Source: a virus
Taxonomy: Duplodnaviria; Heunggongvirae; Uroviricota; Caudoviricetes
Virus record (IMG/VR): IMGVR_UViG_2531839524_000004
DNA: 64,000 bases
Direction: 5' to 3' (one strand)
Below the pieces are notes generated by a model. It was given only the letters and a program-made list of their open reading frames with translations, made no database searches and was not told where the DNA came from. Made by a program: the position numbers and the translations under genes. Each line of letters starts with the position of its first letter. Positions within the stretch are counted from its first letter, which is position 1. Of this stretch, positions 17,344 to 27,396 are shown in pieces.

Positions 17344-18005
17344 GCAAATACATCATCAACGTATCGTTTCAGACACGCGTAAATAAAACCACGCGCACGT
17401 TGGAAATCGCTGAGTCGTTCGGGCTTGGCCTGGACGAAAAAGAGTGGACGCTTTACGACAATCTGGAGCTGGAAGTGAAGCAGGGCGATGTGGTGTACAT
17501 CACCGGCCAATCCGGTTCCGGCAAATCCGTTGTGCTGCGCGAGTTGCAACGACAGATGAAGGATGAAGGGCTGTCTGTAGCCTCCATCGATGATTTTACC
17601 TTCGATAATGAGGTTAACGTCATCGATCAGTTGGGCAAAACGACCAGTGATGCGCTTGGGTTGTTATCTATGGCTGGTCTGAACGATGCATATCTGTTTG
17701 TTCGCAAGCCTTCTGAAATGTCAGACGGCCAGAAATATCGTCTCAAGATTGCCAAACTGATTGAGTCAGGCGCTAAAGTGTGGGCTGCTGACGAGTTCGG
17801 CGCTGTTCTCGACCGTGTAACCGCTCAGGTTGTGGCGTCTAACCTCCAGCGTGCCGCGCGAAAGGTTGGTGCGACGGTAATGGTGGCGACGACTCACGAA
17901 GACCTGAAGAACGCGCTGCGCCCGGATATGCAGATCACCAAGCACTACAAAGAACGCGTGAAGGTGGAATATCACAATGGTAGTCATGATGAGGTCCATT
18001 CATGA
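17340..18005 (+). CDS. small ABC-type ATPase
   Basis: Walker A GQSGSGKS, signature-like MSDGQKYRL, Walker B VWAADEF, H-loop TTHE; start overlaps upstream stop (ATGA). Confidence 0.65.
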   Translation: MSKYIINVSFQTRVNKTTRTLEIAESFGLGLDEKEWTLYDNLELEVKQGDVVYITGQSGSGKSVVLRELQRQMKDEGLSVASIDDFTFDNEVNVIDQLGKTTSDALGLLSMAGLNDAYLFVRKPSEMSDGQKYRLKIAKLIESGAKVWAADEFGAVLDRVTAQVVASNLQRAARKVGATVMVATTHEDLKNALRPDMQITKHYKERVKVEYHNGSHDEVHS

Positions 18006-18892
18006 CGGACATCATCATTAAACGCTACCGCCCTGAAGAGTTTCCGCGTCATCTGGACTTTCTGGAGCGAATGACTGTTACAAAGGGAACTGTAGAGGAC
18101 TGGCACGCTCTTAAGTCGCTTCACTACAAAACAGACGGCAAACCTTTCGCGCCAACTTACTATCGCTGCGAACTTGATGACCGTCTGGTGGGCGTCGTGG
18201 TTATGGCTTACCCGAAACTACTGTTGGCACCTCGCCACCGCATGTTTCCTAAGTTGAAACCAACCACTAATACCACCGTGGCTAACCAGTACTGGGGTCG
18301 GTACGTGAATAACAACTTTGCGGTGATCAGTCGCTCAGTTGTGGATACTCAGTATCGTGGCGTAGGCGTCTCTTATCGAATGATTAACCTGGTTAGCAGG
18401 ATGCATGACCGGCCAATCATTGAGATCCAGTCCTCGATGAGCAAATACAATCCCTTCGCCATGAAAGCAGGGTTTAAGTTCATCCGCCCTGAGCGACCGA
18501 AGAGCTATGAAAGTGCACTGCGTGTATTCCAGCGCCATTTTCGTTCCGACCCGGGTGATAACGAGGCGATCGTCAAAGAGTTGTTCGCAATGAGCGAGTC
18601 TCGTCGTCGCCGTGCACTGCGTGATCTGGTGGCGGACTACCATAAGAACAGTTCCCTGGCAAAAGCTGGGCGGAATCGTGGCACGACGATTCAGGACATT
18701 GCCGACAGTCTGGTGGACGAGGCCAGCATTGTGAAGTTGCTCAAGGACATTCACAACCTGAGCTTTACGTCTCCGTTGTATGGGGTGTATCGAAACCCTG
18801 ACTTTGGTCGTCGACTGCCTGACACGCTGCCACTGCTGGCATTCGACAAACAACCTTTGGATAAACCGTTAGAAATTGCTTTACCGGCATAA
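18002..18892 (+). CDS. hypothetical protein, possible GNAT-type acyltransferase fold
   Basis: 296 aa; motif-A-like QYRGVGVSYRMINLV; assignment is weak; start overlaps upstream stop (ATGA). Confidence 0.4.
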   Translation: MTDIIIKRYRPEEFPRHLDFLERMTVTKGTVEDWHALKSLHYKTDGKPFAPTYYRCELDDRLVGVVVMAYPKLLLAPRHRMFPKLKPTTNTTVANQYWGRYVNNNFAVISRSVVDTQYRGVGVSYRMINLVSRMHDRPIIEIQSSMSKYNPFAMKAGFKFIRPERPKSYESALRVFQRHFRSDPGDNEAIVKELFAMSESRRRRALRDLVADYHKNSSLAKAGRNRGTTIQDIADSLVDEASIVKLLKDIHNLSFTSPLYGVYRNPDFGRRLPDTLPLLAFDKQPLDKPLEIALPA

Positions 18893-18901
18893 GGATTTGC
18901 C

Positions 18902-19168
18902 ATGACGTTAACCGATAAACAAAAGGACATCATCAAAACGCTCAATCTCGGTTATGAGCGAGGTCATCTACTTGATCTGGACGAATTGCTTGAAGTTTTG
19001 CCGTACAAGACAACCAAGCAAAGTATCCAGTTCTCAATTCGCGCTCTGATAAAAAAGGGGCTTGTGGAGAAAGGGCATACGCGCCAACGCAGTGACAATC
19101 GCTATCACCGCCGAACTCTTGGGTTAACCACTTTAGGTCGAGCCAAAGCGAAGTTACTGGTGATGTAA
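18902..19168 (+). CDS. hypothetical small protein, possible winged-helix DNA-binding fold
   Basis: ORF track, 88 aa, basic C-terminus; fold assignment is a guess. Confidence 0.35.
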   Translation: MTLTDKQKDIIKTLNLGYERGHLLDLDELLEVLPYKTTKQSIQFSIRALIKKGLVEKGHTRQRSDNRYHRRTLGLTTLGRAKAKLLVM

Positions 19169-19192
19169 TCGGTCTGGGAGCTTATTTAAAGA

Positions 19193-19249
19193 CCTGCTTC
19201 TGTATATATAAATAATAAGTAACTTATTAAATATATATACGGAAGCAGG
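19193..19249. repeat. 57-bp AT-rich palindromic repeat, copy 1
   Basis: cctgcttctgtatatataaataataagtaacttattaaatatatatacggaagcagg; identical copy at 50746-50802. Confidence 0.8.
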
Positions 19250-19286
19250 CTTAATAAGACATGCCCAGACCTAATTAAACAACCCA

Positions 19287-19301
19287 GAAAACAAGTTGGT
19301 T
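19287..19301. promoter_or_regulatory. operator-like palindrome GAAAACAA-G-TTGGTT
   Basis: First of two copies ahead of the small terminase gene. Confidence 0.45.
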
Positions 19302-19312
19302 AGAAAATGCAG

Positions 19313-19328
19313 TAAACAAGTTGTTTTA
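19313..19328. promoter_or_regulatory. operator-like palindrome TAAACAA-G-TTGTTTTA
   Basis: Second copy, about 40 bp upstream of ATG 19367. Confidence 0.5.
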
Positions 19329-19366
19329 GAGCGCATGGACGCGCTCTGTGTGTTTTAGAGGGATCT

Positions 19367-19999
19367 ATGACGGTCGAAAAAGACGAGGTAAAAACTCGCC
19401 TGACACCAGCGGAGTGGGCCGAAGCTGAAGCCAAATGGACGTCAGGCGAATATACACTCTCAAAGCTGGAGGAAGAGTACGGCATTCGTCGTGAAACACT
19501 CTCCAGACATTTCAAAAAGCGAGGATTAGAGAAAGGCGCGGACTCTGTTGGGAAGATGGTTCGTGAGTCTCTTAAATCTGACGCAGAGCTTCGCGCTAAA
19601 GCCCGTGCGGAAAAGATAGAAGAACGTCGTACACGTTATGACGGCTGGGCGTATGCGTTGGGGCAGATGGTGATGGTCGAAGTCACTACGGCCAAACGTG
19701 AGGGTAAGCCTTTAGGGGCGATTGAGGATTCTCTCAAGAGCTTACAGAGAGCCAGTAATACCCTTGCAAAATGCTTTGAAGTTTCGTCCAAAGCATTGGG
19801 CATGGATCATGCGGAAAATGACGAGGAAGAAATTCCGAACCTGGTATTTGGTGAGCTTACGCCTTCCCAGGTGGCGAAATTACGTCAGGAAGACGACGAG
19901 CCTGAAATCATCGATGACGAATTGCTTGAGACGTTGGAAGAAGAAGCTCTAAGCGAATTTGATGCGACAGATGATGGAAGTGAAGGGGAGGACGAATAA
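19367..19999 (+). CDS. terminase small subunit (putative)
   Basis: 210 aa directly upstream of the large terminase; N-terminal HTH-like region and acidic tail; call by position. Confidence 0.6.
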   Translation: MTVEKDEVKTRLTPAEWAEAEAKWTSGEYTLSKLEEEYGIRRETLSRHFKKRGLEKGADSVGKMVRESLKSDAELRAKARAEKIEERRTRYDGWAYALGQMVMVEVTTAKREGKPLGAIEDSLKSLQRASNTLAKCFEVSSKALGMDHAENDEEEIPNLVFGELTPSQVAKLRQEDDEPEIIDDELLETLEEEALSEFDATDDGSEGEDE

Positions 20000-21255
20000 T
20001 GGCAATCCCGTCCTCGCTCAGTCTTGTGCAACTGCATTCTGGACAGATGAAAGTCTTCCAGTCTCCGCATCGATTTAAAGTTGTTTGTGCTGGTCGACGC
20101 TGGGGAAAATCCCGGTTGTCGATCTCCACTATTATTCGTGCGGCGGCAAAGGAAAAAAAGCAAAGGGTCTGGTATGTCGCTCCTACTTACCAGATGGCTC
20201 GCCAGATTTTGTGGGACGATCTACAGGAAGTTCTGCCTCGTAAGTGGGTTAGGAAAAAGAACGACACCACGATGACAATCGTGTTGAAGAACGGTTCGGA
20301 GATCGCCCTCAAAGGTGCTGATAAGCCTGACACTCTGCGCGGCGTAGCGTTGCATTTTGTAGTGCTTGATGAATTTCAGGATATGAAGGCTGACACCTGG
20401 TACAAGGTGTTACGACCTACTCTTTCATCGACACGCGGCGGTGCACTGATCATTGGTACGCCAAAAGGTTTCTCGGAATTTCACAAACTGTGGACTATAG
20501 GCCAGAACGTAGAGCTGCAAAGAAAGGGACAGTGGAAGAGCTGGCAGTTTGTAACTGCCGATTCTCCGTTTGTGCCTACGGCGGAAATTGAAGCTGCTAA
20601 GAACGATATGGACCCGAAATCGTTCGCTCAGGAGTACCTGGCGAGCTTTGAGAACATGTCCGGGCGCGTTTACTACCCGTTCGATCGTAACGTGCATGTA
20701 AAACCGCTTCAGTTCAACCCTCGGTTGCCTATATGGGTAGGGCAGGACTTCAACATTGACCCGATGTCTTCAGTAATTTTGCAACCTCAGCCAAATGGTG
20801 AGCTATGGGCAATTGATGAATTGGTGCTCTTTTCCTCTAACACGGCAGAGGTTTGTGATGAGCTTGAGAGACGCTTCTGGCGCTGGAAATCACAGATAAC
20901 GGTATTTCCAGATCCGGCAGGTGCTTATCGCCAACATGCTCGCGGGGAGTCTGACGTCGACATATTCAAAGAGAAGGGATTCTTACGTGTCGATTATTCG
21001 AAAAAGCCCCCGCCAATTGCGGATCGTGTTAATGCTGTTAACCGAATGCTGATGACCGCATCTGGAGATATCCGGTTGTATATCGATCCGAAGTGCAAGC
21101 ATTTGATTGATTCACTGGAAAAAGTCATCTACAAGCCTGGAACACGAGATATGGATAAGACAGGTGGCATTGAGCATAGTGCAGACGCATTGGGCTATCC
21201 AGTACATCGTAGGTATCCAGTCAAAAACCGTGTTATTCTTGGTGGTTCTCGATAG
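19999..21255 (+). CDS. terminase large subunit
   Basis: Walker A VCAGRRWGKS, Walker B HFVVLDEF, C-terminal nuclease-like acidic residues; 418 aa. Confidence 0.9.
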   Translation: MAIPSSLSLVQLHSGQMKVFQSPHRFKVVCAGRRWGKSRLSISTIIRAAAKEKKQRVWYVAPTYQMARQILWDDLQEVLPRKWVRKKNDTTMTIVLKNGSEIALKGADKPDTLRGVALHFVVLDEFQDMKADTWYKVLRPTLSSTRGGALIIGTPKGFSEFHKLWTIGQNVELQRKGQWKSWQFVTADSPFVPTAEIEAAKNDMDPKSFAQEYLASFENMSGRVYYPFDRNVHVKPLQFNPRLPIWVGQDFNIDPMSSVILQPQPNGELWAIDELVLFSSNTAEVCDELERRFWRWKSQITVFPDPAGAYRQHARGESDVDIFKEKGFLRVDYSKKPPPIADRVNAVNRMLMTASGDIRLYIDPKCKHLIDSLEKVIYKPGTRDMDKTGGIEHSADALGYPVHRRYPVKNRVILGGSR

Positions 21256-21281
21256 GTAAGTAATTATCTAAGGTTATTCAA

Positions 21282-22856
21282 ATGGAATTGAACGACAAAC
21301 AAATTAAGGATCTGGTGGCGCGACGCCACCCGGAATACGAAAAGAAAAAAGAACATTGGGACTTCCTCGCCAGCACTTACGCTGGCGGGCGTGGTTGGTT
21401 TACAGACAATATCTTTCGTTACTTTAAAGAGGGAGATCAGGAGTTTAAGGAGCGAGTTGAGCGTGCTTATCGCTTCAACCACACTCGTGAGGTGGTAAAC
21501 CTCATCAACAAATATCTCTTTAAAGAAGACATTCATAGAAATATCGAAGAGGCACCAGAGCAGATCCGCAATTTCTGGAAACGTGCGACTCGCCAGAATG
21601 CCTCTATTGACTCATTTATGGCCGCTATTGATTTGCAGTCGTCTATTTACGGTCGCATATGGGTTGTTGTCGATAGCACGATGAGTGGTGATGTTGAGTC
21701 AGTAGCTGACGAGAAAAAGAAAGATGCTCGCGCCTACGCCTACTGGATTTCACCTCAGCAAATGCTGGATGTGGCATGGGACGACGACGGGAATATGTTG
21801 TGGGCGTTAATTGTGGAAGTCGCTCGTGATGACGCAGATCCTTTTACTTCTACAGGTCAGGAATACCAACGTTATCGTCTGTGGACACAAAACGAGTGGT
21901 ATCTGTTCCGTGAGGAAGTGAAGAAGGGCGCTGGTGGAGCAGGTCGCCGTCAGGCAAAAGTTATTTTAGAGGATAGCGGTGAGCATAATCTCGGCGTAGT
22001 TCCTGTGTTTCCTGTTGATTGTATTGGAGAAAGTGAATCACCGTATTTCAGCCCATCGTTGATCGATGATATCGCTTATCTTGATCGTGCGGTTGCAAAC
22101 TATCTGTCAAACCTTGATGCCATTATTCAGGATCAGACATTTAGCCAGTTGGCTATACCGGTACAGTCGCTTTTACCTGGTGATGAAAACCACACTAAAG
22201 TGCTTGAAATGGGCACAAAGCGAGTCTTCACCTACGATTCTGAAGGTGGAAACCAGCCGTTTTATCTGTCACCAGACCCGAAACAAGCTCAGATGATCAT
22301 CACTACGATTAAGACGGTGATTAACGAAATCTACCATTCAGTTGGTGTAGCTGGTGAGCGAACGAAGCAGGACAACGCACAGGGAATCGATAATTCATCT
22401 GGTGCCGCAAAAATGTATGACTTCCAGCGTGTAAATAGCTTGCTTGTCACAAAAGCAGAGCGTCTGGAAAGGGCTGAACGCCAAATCATGCTACTGGTTG
22501 CGAAATGGATGGGGGTAGATCTGGACGAAGACCACTCTTTAATTGCGTATCCAGAAAGTTTCGATATTCGTGGCCTTACTGATGAATTTTCTGTTGCCGA
22601 GAAACTGTCATTACTTCAGGCACCGGACTCTGTACGTCGTCACCAGATGGAAATGCTTATTGAGAAGATTTTCCCGAACATTACTGAGGCGATGAAAAAG
22701 GAATTTGATAAAGATCTCTTGAATTTTCCTCCAAAAAATGATCTAAATACCCTTGAAAATAAGTCAGTACTTACTTATGATCGTGGTGCAGCCCAAGAAA
22801 GCGGGCAAGATCAACCCCGAGGGAATGGGGACTCATCTACTCAAGAGAACGAGTGA
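21282..22856 (+). CDS. portal protein (putative)
   Basis: 524 aa immediately after the large terminase; call by size and synteny. Confidence 0.7.
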   Translation: MELNDKQIKDLVARRHPEYEKKKEHWDFLASTYAGGRGWFTDNIFRYFKEGDQEFKERVERAYRFNHTREVVNLINKYLFKEDIHRNIEEAPEQIRNFWKRATRQNASIDSFMAAIDLQSSIYGRIWVVVDSTMSGDVESVADEKKKDARAYAYWISPQQMLDVAWDDDGNMLWALIVEVARDDADPFTSTGQEYQRYRLWTQNEWYLFREEVKKGAGGAGRRQAKVILEDSGEHNLGVVPVFPVDCIGESESPYFSPSLIDDIAYLDRAVANYLSNLDAIIQDQTFSQLAIPVQSLLPGDENHTKVLEMGTKRVFTYDSEGGNQPFYLSPDPKQAQMIITTIKTVINEIYHSVGVAGERTKQDNAQGIDNSSGAAKMYDFQRVNSLLVTKAERLERAERQIMLLVAKWMGVDLDEDHSLIAYPESFDIRGLTDEFSVAEKLSLLQAPDSVRRHQMEMLIEKIFPNITEAMKKEFDKDLLNFPPKNDLNTLENKSVLTYDRGAAQESGQDQPRGNGDSSTQENE

Positions 22857-22877
22857 TAAGTAACAAAAGGAATTTTT

Positions 22878-23765
22878 ATGAATCTGTGGCAAATGCTTTT
22901 GGCCCGTCGTGGTCTGATGGATGTCGCTGAAGCGCATGAGCGTGGAGGCGCTGGCGGTGTAGCTGCTGATAATGAGCAGAGTACACAAGATCCTGACAAA
23001 CAGGGTGAACAAAAAGAGCAGCCGAAGGGCGATGACGAATACGCTGGCATGACTCAGGAAGAGTTACTGGCCGAACTTCGTAAAACCAAGAAAGCTGGTG
23101 CTGAACTGCTGAAGGAGAACATGAAGCGCAAAGAGAAAGAGCGCACATTGGCCGATCAGCTTGCTCAGTACGGTGATATCGATCCGGCTCGTGCTCGCCA
23201 GCTTTTAGAAGCTGAACAGGCCGCAGAAAACGCACGTCGTGAGGCGGAGCAAGCTGAACTGGAGCGTCGTGGGGAGTTCGATGCTGTTAAAAAACAGATG
23301 ATCGAAGCACACCAGGCAGAGCTGGCACAGCGTGACGAACGTTATGCAGCACTGGAAAGTGAAAACGCATCACTGAAATCTCAATTAGTCGAGATGACCG
23401 TGGGCGCTTCCTTCAGTAACTCTCTCTTCCTACGTGACAAAGTTCTGATGACCCCGGCAAAAGCCCGCGTGATCTACGGTTCTCATTTTGAAGTGGGTGA
23501 AGACGGTAGCGTAGTGGGTTATGACAAACCGGCAGGTCATAACGAACGAGCTGTTCTGGTTGACGGTGAAGGTAAGCCGTTGCCGTTTGAATCCGCGATT
23601 GAACGCATTGTGCGGGCAGATCCGGAAGCTGACGCATTGATGCGTAGCGAAGCCAAGCAGGGTGTAGGCTCACATTCCAAATCGACCTACACAATATCCC
23701 AACCGAAGAACAAGTCGACTATGGATAAGTTGGCCTCCGGTCTGGGGAAAATTGGACTTAAGTAA
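22878..23765 (+). CDS. scaffolding protein (putative)
   Basis: 295 aa, charged coiled-coil-like core (...AELERRGEFDAVKKQMIEAHQAELAQRDERYAALESENASLK...) between portal and capsid. Confidence 0.6.
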   Translation: MNLWQMLLARRGLMDVAEAHERGGAGGVAADNEQSTQDPDKQGEQKEQPKGDDEYAGMTQEELLAELRKTKKAGAELLKENMKRKEKERTLADQLAQYGDIDPARARQLLEAEQAAENARREAEQAELERRGEFDAVKKQMIEAHQAELAQRDERYAALESENASLKSQLVEMTVGASFSNSLFLRDKVLMTPAKARVIYGSHFEVGEDGSVVGYDKPAGHNERAVLVDGEGKPLPFESAIERIVRADPEADALMRSEAKQGVGSHSKSTYTISQPKNKSTMDKLASGLGKIGLK

Positions 23766-23790
23766 CATCTAAATCAAAGGGAATTGATAG

Positions 23791-24666
23791 ATGCCATTAC
23801 TGCGTGAAGAAGCTGAAAAGCTGTCTAACAACGAACTTGAACAGGGTGTGATCGAAACTATCATCGATCGCGATGACCTGTTTGCCATCCTGCCTTTTAT
23901 GAAAATTAATTCAAAGGCATATCTGTACAACCGTGAAAAAACGCTGAGTGAAGCTACCTTCATCGACGTTAACGACACCATCCCTGAAGGTGCGGCAACC
24001 TTCGAAGAATGCGTTGCGAAACTGCGTATTCTGGCTGGTGACGTAGACGTTGATAAATTCCTGGCGACCACTATGGCCGACACCAACAACCAGTTGGCTA
24101 TTCAGGTTCGTCAGAAAGTTAAAGGTCTGGCTCGTGCGTTCCGTCGCAACCTGATTTTGGGTGACTCCAGCTCCAACAACAAGGCGTTTGACGGCATTCC
24201 ACGCCTGATGCACGCAGATCAGAAGATCGATATCGCCGGTGCATCTATGACTTTCTCTATGTTCGACGAACTGGTCGATGCGGTGAAAGATCTTGGTGCT
24301 GACTGCATCATGATGCGTTCAGAGCACCTGCGTGCTTACCGTGCGCTGCTGCGTACAGTAAACGTAGGTCCGTCTGAAATCATGATGGAGAACTTCGGTC
24401 GTCCGATGCTGTGTCATAACGGCGTTCCGTTCATCATCAACGACTTCATCCCGACCGATTCTGGCAAAGCAAGCATCTACTGCCTGCATCTGTCAGAAGA
24501 GAACGGCGTTACTGGTCTGTATGGCGGCGACAACGCAGGTATCGTTGTTGAAAACATTGGTACTGTACAGAACAAAGACGCAGTACGTACCCGTGTGAAG
24601 TGGTACTGCTCTCTGGCGAATAAGCACGATAAGGCTATCGCTGCACTGACCAATGTAAAAATTTAA
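23791..24666 (+). CDS. major capsid protein (putative)
   Basis: 291 aa after scaffold; followed by a strong terminator; call by synteny. Confidence 0.6.
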   Translation: MPLLREEAEKLSNNELEQGVIETIIDRDDLFAILPFMKINSKAYLYNREKTLSEATFIDVNDTIPEGAATFEECVAKLRILAGDVDVDKFLATTMADTNNQLAIQVRQKVKGLARAFRRNLILGDSSSNNKAFDGIPRLMHADQKIDIAGASMTFSMFDELVDAVKDLGADCIMMRSEHLRAYRALLRTVNVGPSEIMMENFGRPMLCHNGVPFIINDFIPTDSGKASIYCLHLSEENGVTGLYGGDNAGIVVENIGTVQNKDAVRTRVKWYCSLANKHDKAIAALTNVKI

Positions 24667-24698
24667 TCAGTGTAGTAGATAAGTAGTTATCTATGTTA

Positions 24699-24727
24699 AA
24701 GGGTGGGCTATACGCCCACCCTTTTTG
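24699..24727 (+). terminator. intrinsic terminator after the capsid gene
   Basis: gggtgggc-tatac-gcccaccc followed by TTTTTG. Confidence 0.7.
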
Positions 24728-24739
24728 TAGGAGCGAGAA

Positions 24740-25660
24740 ATGCCAGAACAAAAGATGAAGATTACGGAAGAGGCATTTTCGGATTTTACGGGGCATATGT
24801 GCCGTGCCGGATTTACCAATTCTATCTCCGATGAACCTTTAACCGAGCGGCAACAAAGTCAGCTATCTGCTTGTTTGCAGGCGGTTCCCCTCTCCCAATC
24901 CGTAAACATAACCCCGGCTTCACCGTCAGTTTTGGTTGGGAAAACTGTTCAACTTAGTGCAGGTATTAGTATGGGTAAGAGTGCCAGTTCATTCACCTGG
25001 AAGTCAGCCAATGACCAAATTGCAACCGTTAACGGCACTGGATTAGTAACTGGCGTAGCCCCAGGCAAAGTAAAAATTACTGCAACTGATCAGGAAACCC
25101 AGCTTTCCGCTTCAGTGGAAGTCACCGTAAATCCGGTAGCCGTTCAATCCGTAACGGTAACGCCAGACTCAACCTCTGTTGAGAAAGGAAAATCAGTCAG
25201 TCTGAAAGCGAATGTTCAGCCGTCAAATGCGACGAATAAGGCTGTTACCTGGTCTTCCAAAAATGAAGATAAGGCAACGGTAGACCAGAGCGGGAACGTA
25301 ACTGGTGTAGAAGTTGGCACTGCGACGATTGAGATCGTTTCCCAAGATGGTAGCAAAAAGGCAACTGCAACGGTGGAAGTAACTGCGCCTGTTGTGGCTG
25401 TTACCGGCGTCGAAATCGACCCAAATAGCACAACCGTTGAGGCAAACAAAACTGTTCAGCTGACAGCAAATGTCGAGCCGGCAGGAGCCACAAATAAAAC
25501 CGTTACTTGGGAATCTAAAAATACCGAGTTTGCAACGGTTGACAGCGAAACCGGTGTTGTAACTGGTGTTGCGGCTGGTACTGCCACAATCGAGGTTACT
25601 ACCCAAGATGGTAGCCACAAAGCGACAGCGACCGTAGAAGTCACTGCTGCACAGGAATAA
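24740..25660 (+). CDS. Ig-like (Big_2-type) repeat protein, likely head decoration/fibre
   Basis: Three tandem about 85-aa repeats each ending ...ATVD.(S/T)G.VTGV..G.A.I...; same repeat type recurs at the C-terminus of the major tail protein. Confidence 0.7.
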   Translation: MPEQKMKITEEAFSDFTGHMCRAGFTNSISDEPLTERQQSQLSACLQAVPLSQSVNITPASPSVLVGKTVQLSAGISMGKSASSFTWKSANDQIATVNGTGLVTGVAPGKVKITATDQETQLSASVEVTVNPVAVQSVTVTPDSTSVEKGKSVSLKANVQPSNATNKAVTWSSKNEDKATVDQSGNVTGVEVGTATIEIVSQDGSKKATATVEVTAPVVAVTGVEIDPNSTTVEANKTVQLTANVEPAGATNKTVTWESKNTEFATVDSETGVVTGVAAGTATIEVTTQDGSHKATATVEVTAAQE

Positions 25661-25704
25661 TCAATATTGGGCGGCGAAAGCCGCCCATGTAGAGAGAATG
25701 CGTT

Positions 25705-26139
25705 ATGAAACCAGCAAAAATTGTTTTATTAGAACCGCAATTTTCCGGTTATTCGGGAATGTTGTGCGGCGTTCAGTTCGAGAACGGGGTGTCCGTAGCG
25801 GAGTTGCCTTTTATCGATCAGCAAAGGATTTGTGCCTCAATGCGAGCATCAACAGTCGAGGGCAAAAATGTTTCTCCGTCTGCCGCATACAGTGATCGTG
25901 GCGAGTTGACCGCAGACCTGATTACCGAGCCAGCAGCACCTGACATTGTGCCAATGAAACGTGGGACACCAGATGAACCGGCCAAACAGATCCAGACTTT
26001 CACACGAGAAGAGTTGGAGTCAATTGCAGACAATGAAGGCATTGCCGGTCTACGTGTGATTGGTAATCAGGTTGGTGTCAAAGCGAAAGGAATTGTCGAG
26101 ATGATTGAAGGCATCCTGAAAGCACAAGGCGGTGAGTAA
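25705..26139 (+). CDS. hypothetical head-module protein
   Basis: ORF track, 144 aa. Confidence 0.4.
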   Translation: MKPAKIVLLEPQFSGYSGMLCGVQFENGVSVAELPFIDQQRICASMRASTVEGKNVSPSAAYSDRGELTADLITEPAAPDIVPMKRGTPDEPAKQIQTFTREELESIADNEGIAGLRVIGNQVGVKAKGIVEMIEGILKAQGGE

Positions 26140-26972
26140 TGGCGCAGATCGACTCGTATCGCAGCGGTGAAGCTGTTTCCCTTTCATTTGCCTTCAACGT
26201 GCTGGATATCGAATCTGCTACCTACACAGTAAAGGACAGCACCGGGGCTATTCTCGTTGATGGCGAGCCGCTAGAAATTACCAGCGGTCAAATGTCGATT
26301 CCGGTTGTCGTGTCGGCTGAATATAACCAGCTCTCTGAGAAAGAGCGAGATCTGCGGTACGTCATTGTGAAGGCTGTTGCATCGGGTCTGACGCATGAAG
26401 AGCGGCAAATGTATGTTCTGCTGAATAGTTTTGAACTGTCGATACCAGAACAGTCGTTTGCAACTGTCGCTGATGCTCAAATGCAGGCGATCGATATGCT
26501 GAATGGGGACACTTTGCTGTCGGATGGTGAAGGCTTAATGCGCAAGCGTCTCATTGAGGCTACCAGACGAATTAAAACTTTACCGTTCTCAATCCGCAAA
26601 ATTCTACGTATCGACTTTGACCGATACGATCGCCCTCAAAATATGCTGAATGTGTATGACATTCCGTGGGGAGCAGATGGAGCGTACCGGCATGATTTAG
26701 TCGATTGGGAAAAGATGACGCAGGAGAAGTTTGAAGAGTTCCCTGACTACTTCAAAGAAGCGTTGATGCTTGCCGTTGTCAACGAAGCGTGTGAGATCGC
26801 AAATGGCAATGATGTAGCCGCAGCACGAGAGGATGGCATTTTGTCAGAGTCCATCGGTGAAACAACCAACATGTACCGTACCGGTAAAGCTGCAAACGTG
26901 CATGTGGCTCGTAGTACCTGGCGCTTGCTGGTCAGTTACATCAACAACCGTATGATTGTTCGCCGTGCGTAA
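26139..26972 (+). CDS. hypothetical head/connector-module protein
   Basis: ORF track, 277 aa; start overlaps upstream stop. Confidence 0.4.
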   Translation: MAQIDSYRSGEAVSLSFAFNVLDIESATYTVKDSTGAILVDGEPLEITSGQMSIPVVVSAEYNQLSEKERDLRYVIVKAVASGLTHEERQMYVLLNSFELSIPEQSFATVADAQMQAIDMLNGDTLLSDGEGLMRKRLIEATRRIKTLPFSIRKILRIDFDRYDRPQNMLNVYDIPWGADGAYRHDLVDWEKMTQEKFEEFPDYFKEALMLAVVNEACEIANGNDVAAAREDGILSESIGETTNMYRTGKAANVHVARSTWRLLVSYINNRMIVRRA

Positions 26973-27051
26973 CGCCAGTCGCATTATTTACTTTTGGTCG
27001 AAAGGGTTTTTGGCCAGTAATGAGAGCGACCGACAACAACAGGGAGAGAGC

Positions 27052-27396
27052 ATGAATATTTCATGGCAAACAGAAATTGCGATCTACCGCTTTGGCGCAA
27101 AGAACGTATACGGCGAGGCGCAATTACAATTCGTCAGGAAGACGAATGTCGGCGTGGTTAAGTTCGAACAGAGTAATGAGAAATCGTCAGTTCGTGCTGA
27201 TAGCTCTGGTAGTCGTGGTAAGGCGAGTCTGGAGCTGTTTGATGCTGTGTTAGTTGTCCCTTTAGAAGCGGCTGTACAACTTGATGATGTGCTGATCCTT
27301 GAAGGTCAAAAATTAAAGGTGTCCAGTGTTCATCGCCGCTGGGGGCTACGAGGAAGACCTGGGCATCTTGAAGTGGGGGCGAATATATGGGTCTGA
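27052..27396 (+). CDS. hypothetical head-tail joining protein
   Basis: ORF track (26956-27396); start moved to MNISWQ after RBS GGGAGAGAG. Confidence 0.4.
   Translation: MNISWQTEIAIYRFGAKNVYGEAQLQFVRKTNVGVVKFEQSNEKSSVRADSSGSRGKASLELFDAVLVVPLEAAVQLDDVLILEGQKLKVSSVHRRWGLRGRPGHLEVGANIWV

Noticed and set aside
17340-18005. ABC ATPase as the ParA partner of the two ParB-like proteins (a second partition system)
   Set aside because: ParA-type partition ATPases use a deviant Walker A (KGGxxKS/T) as seen at 48788-49456; this protein has a classical ABC-type Walker A and signature-like motif, and the ParB-like proteins lack an obvious HTH/centromere-binding region, so a partition role was not annotated.
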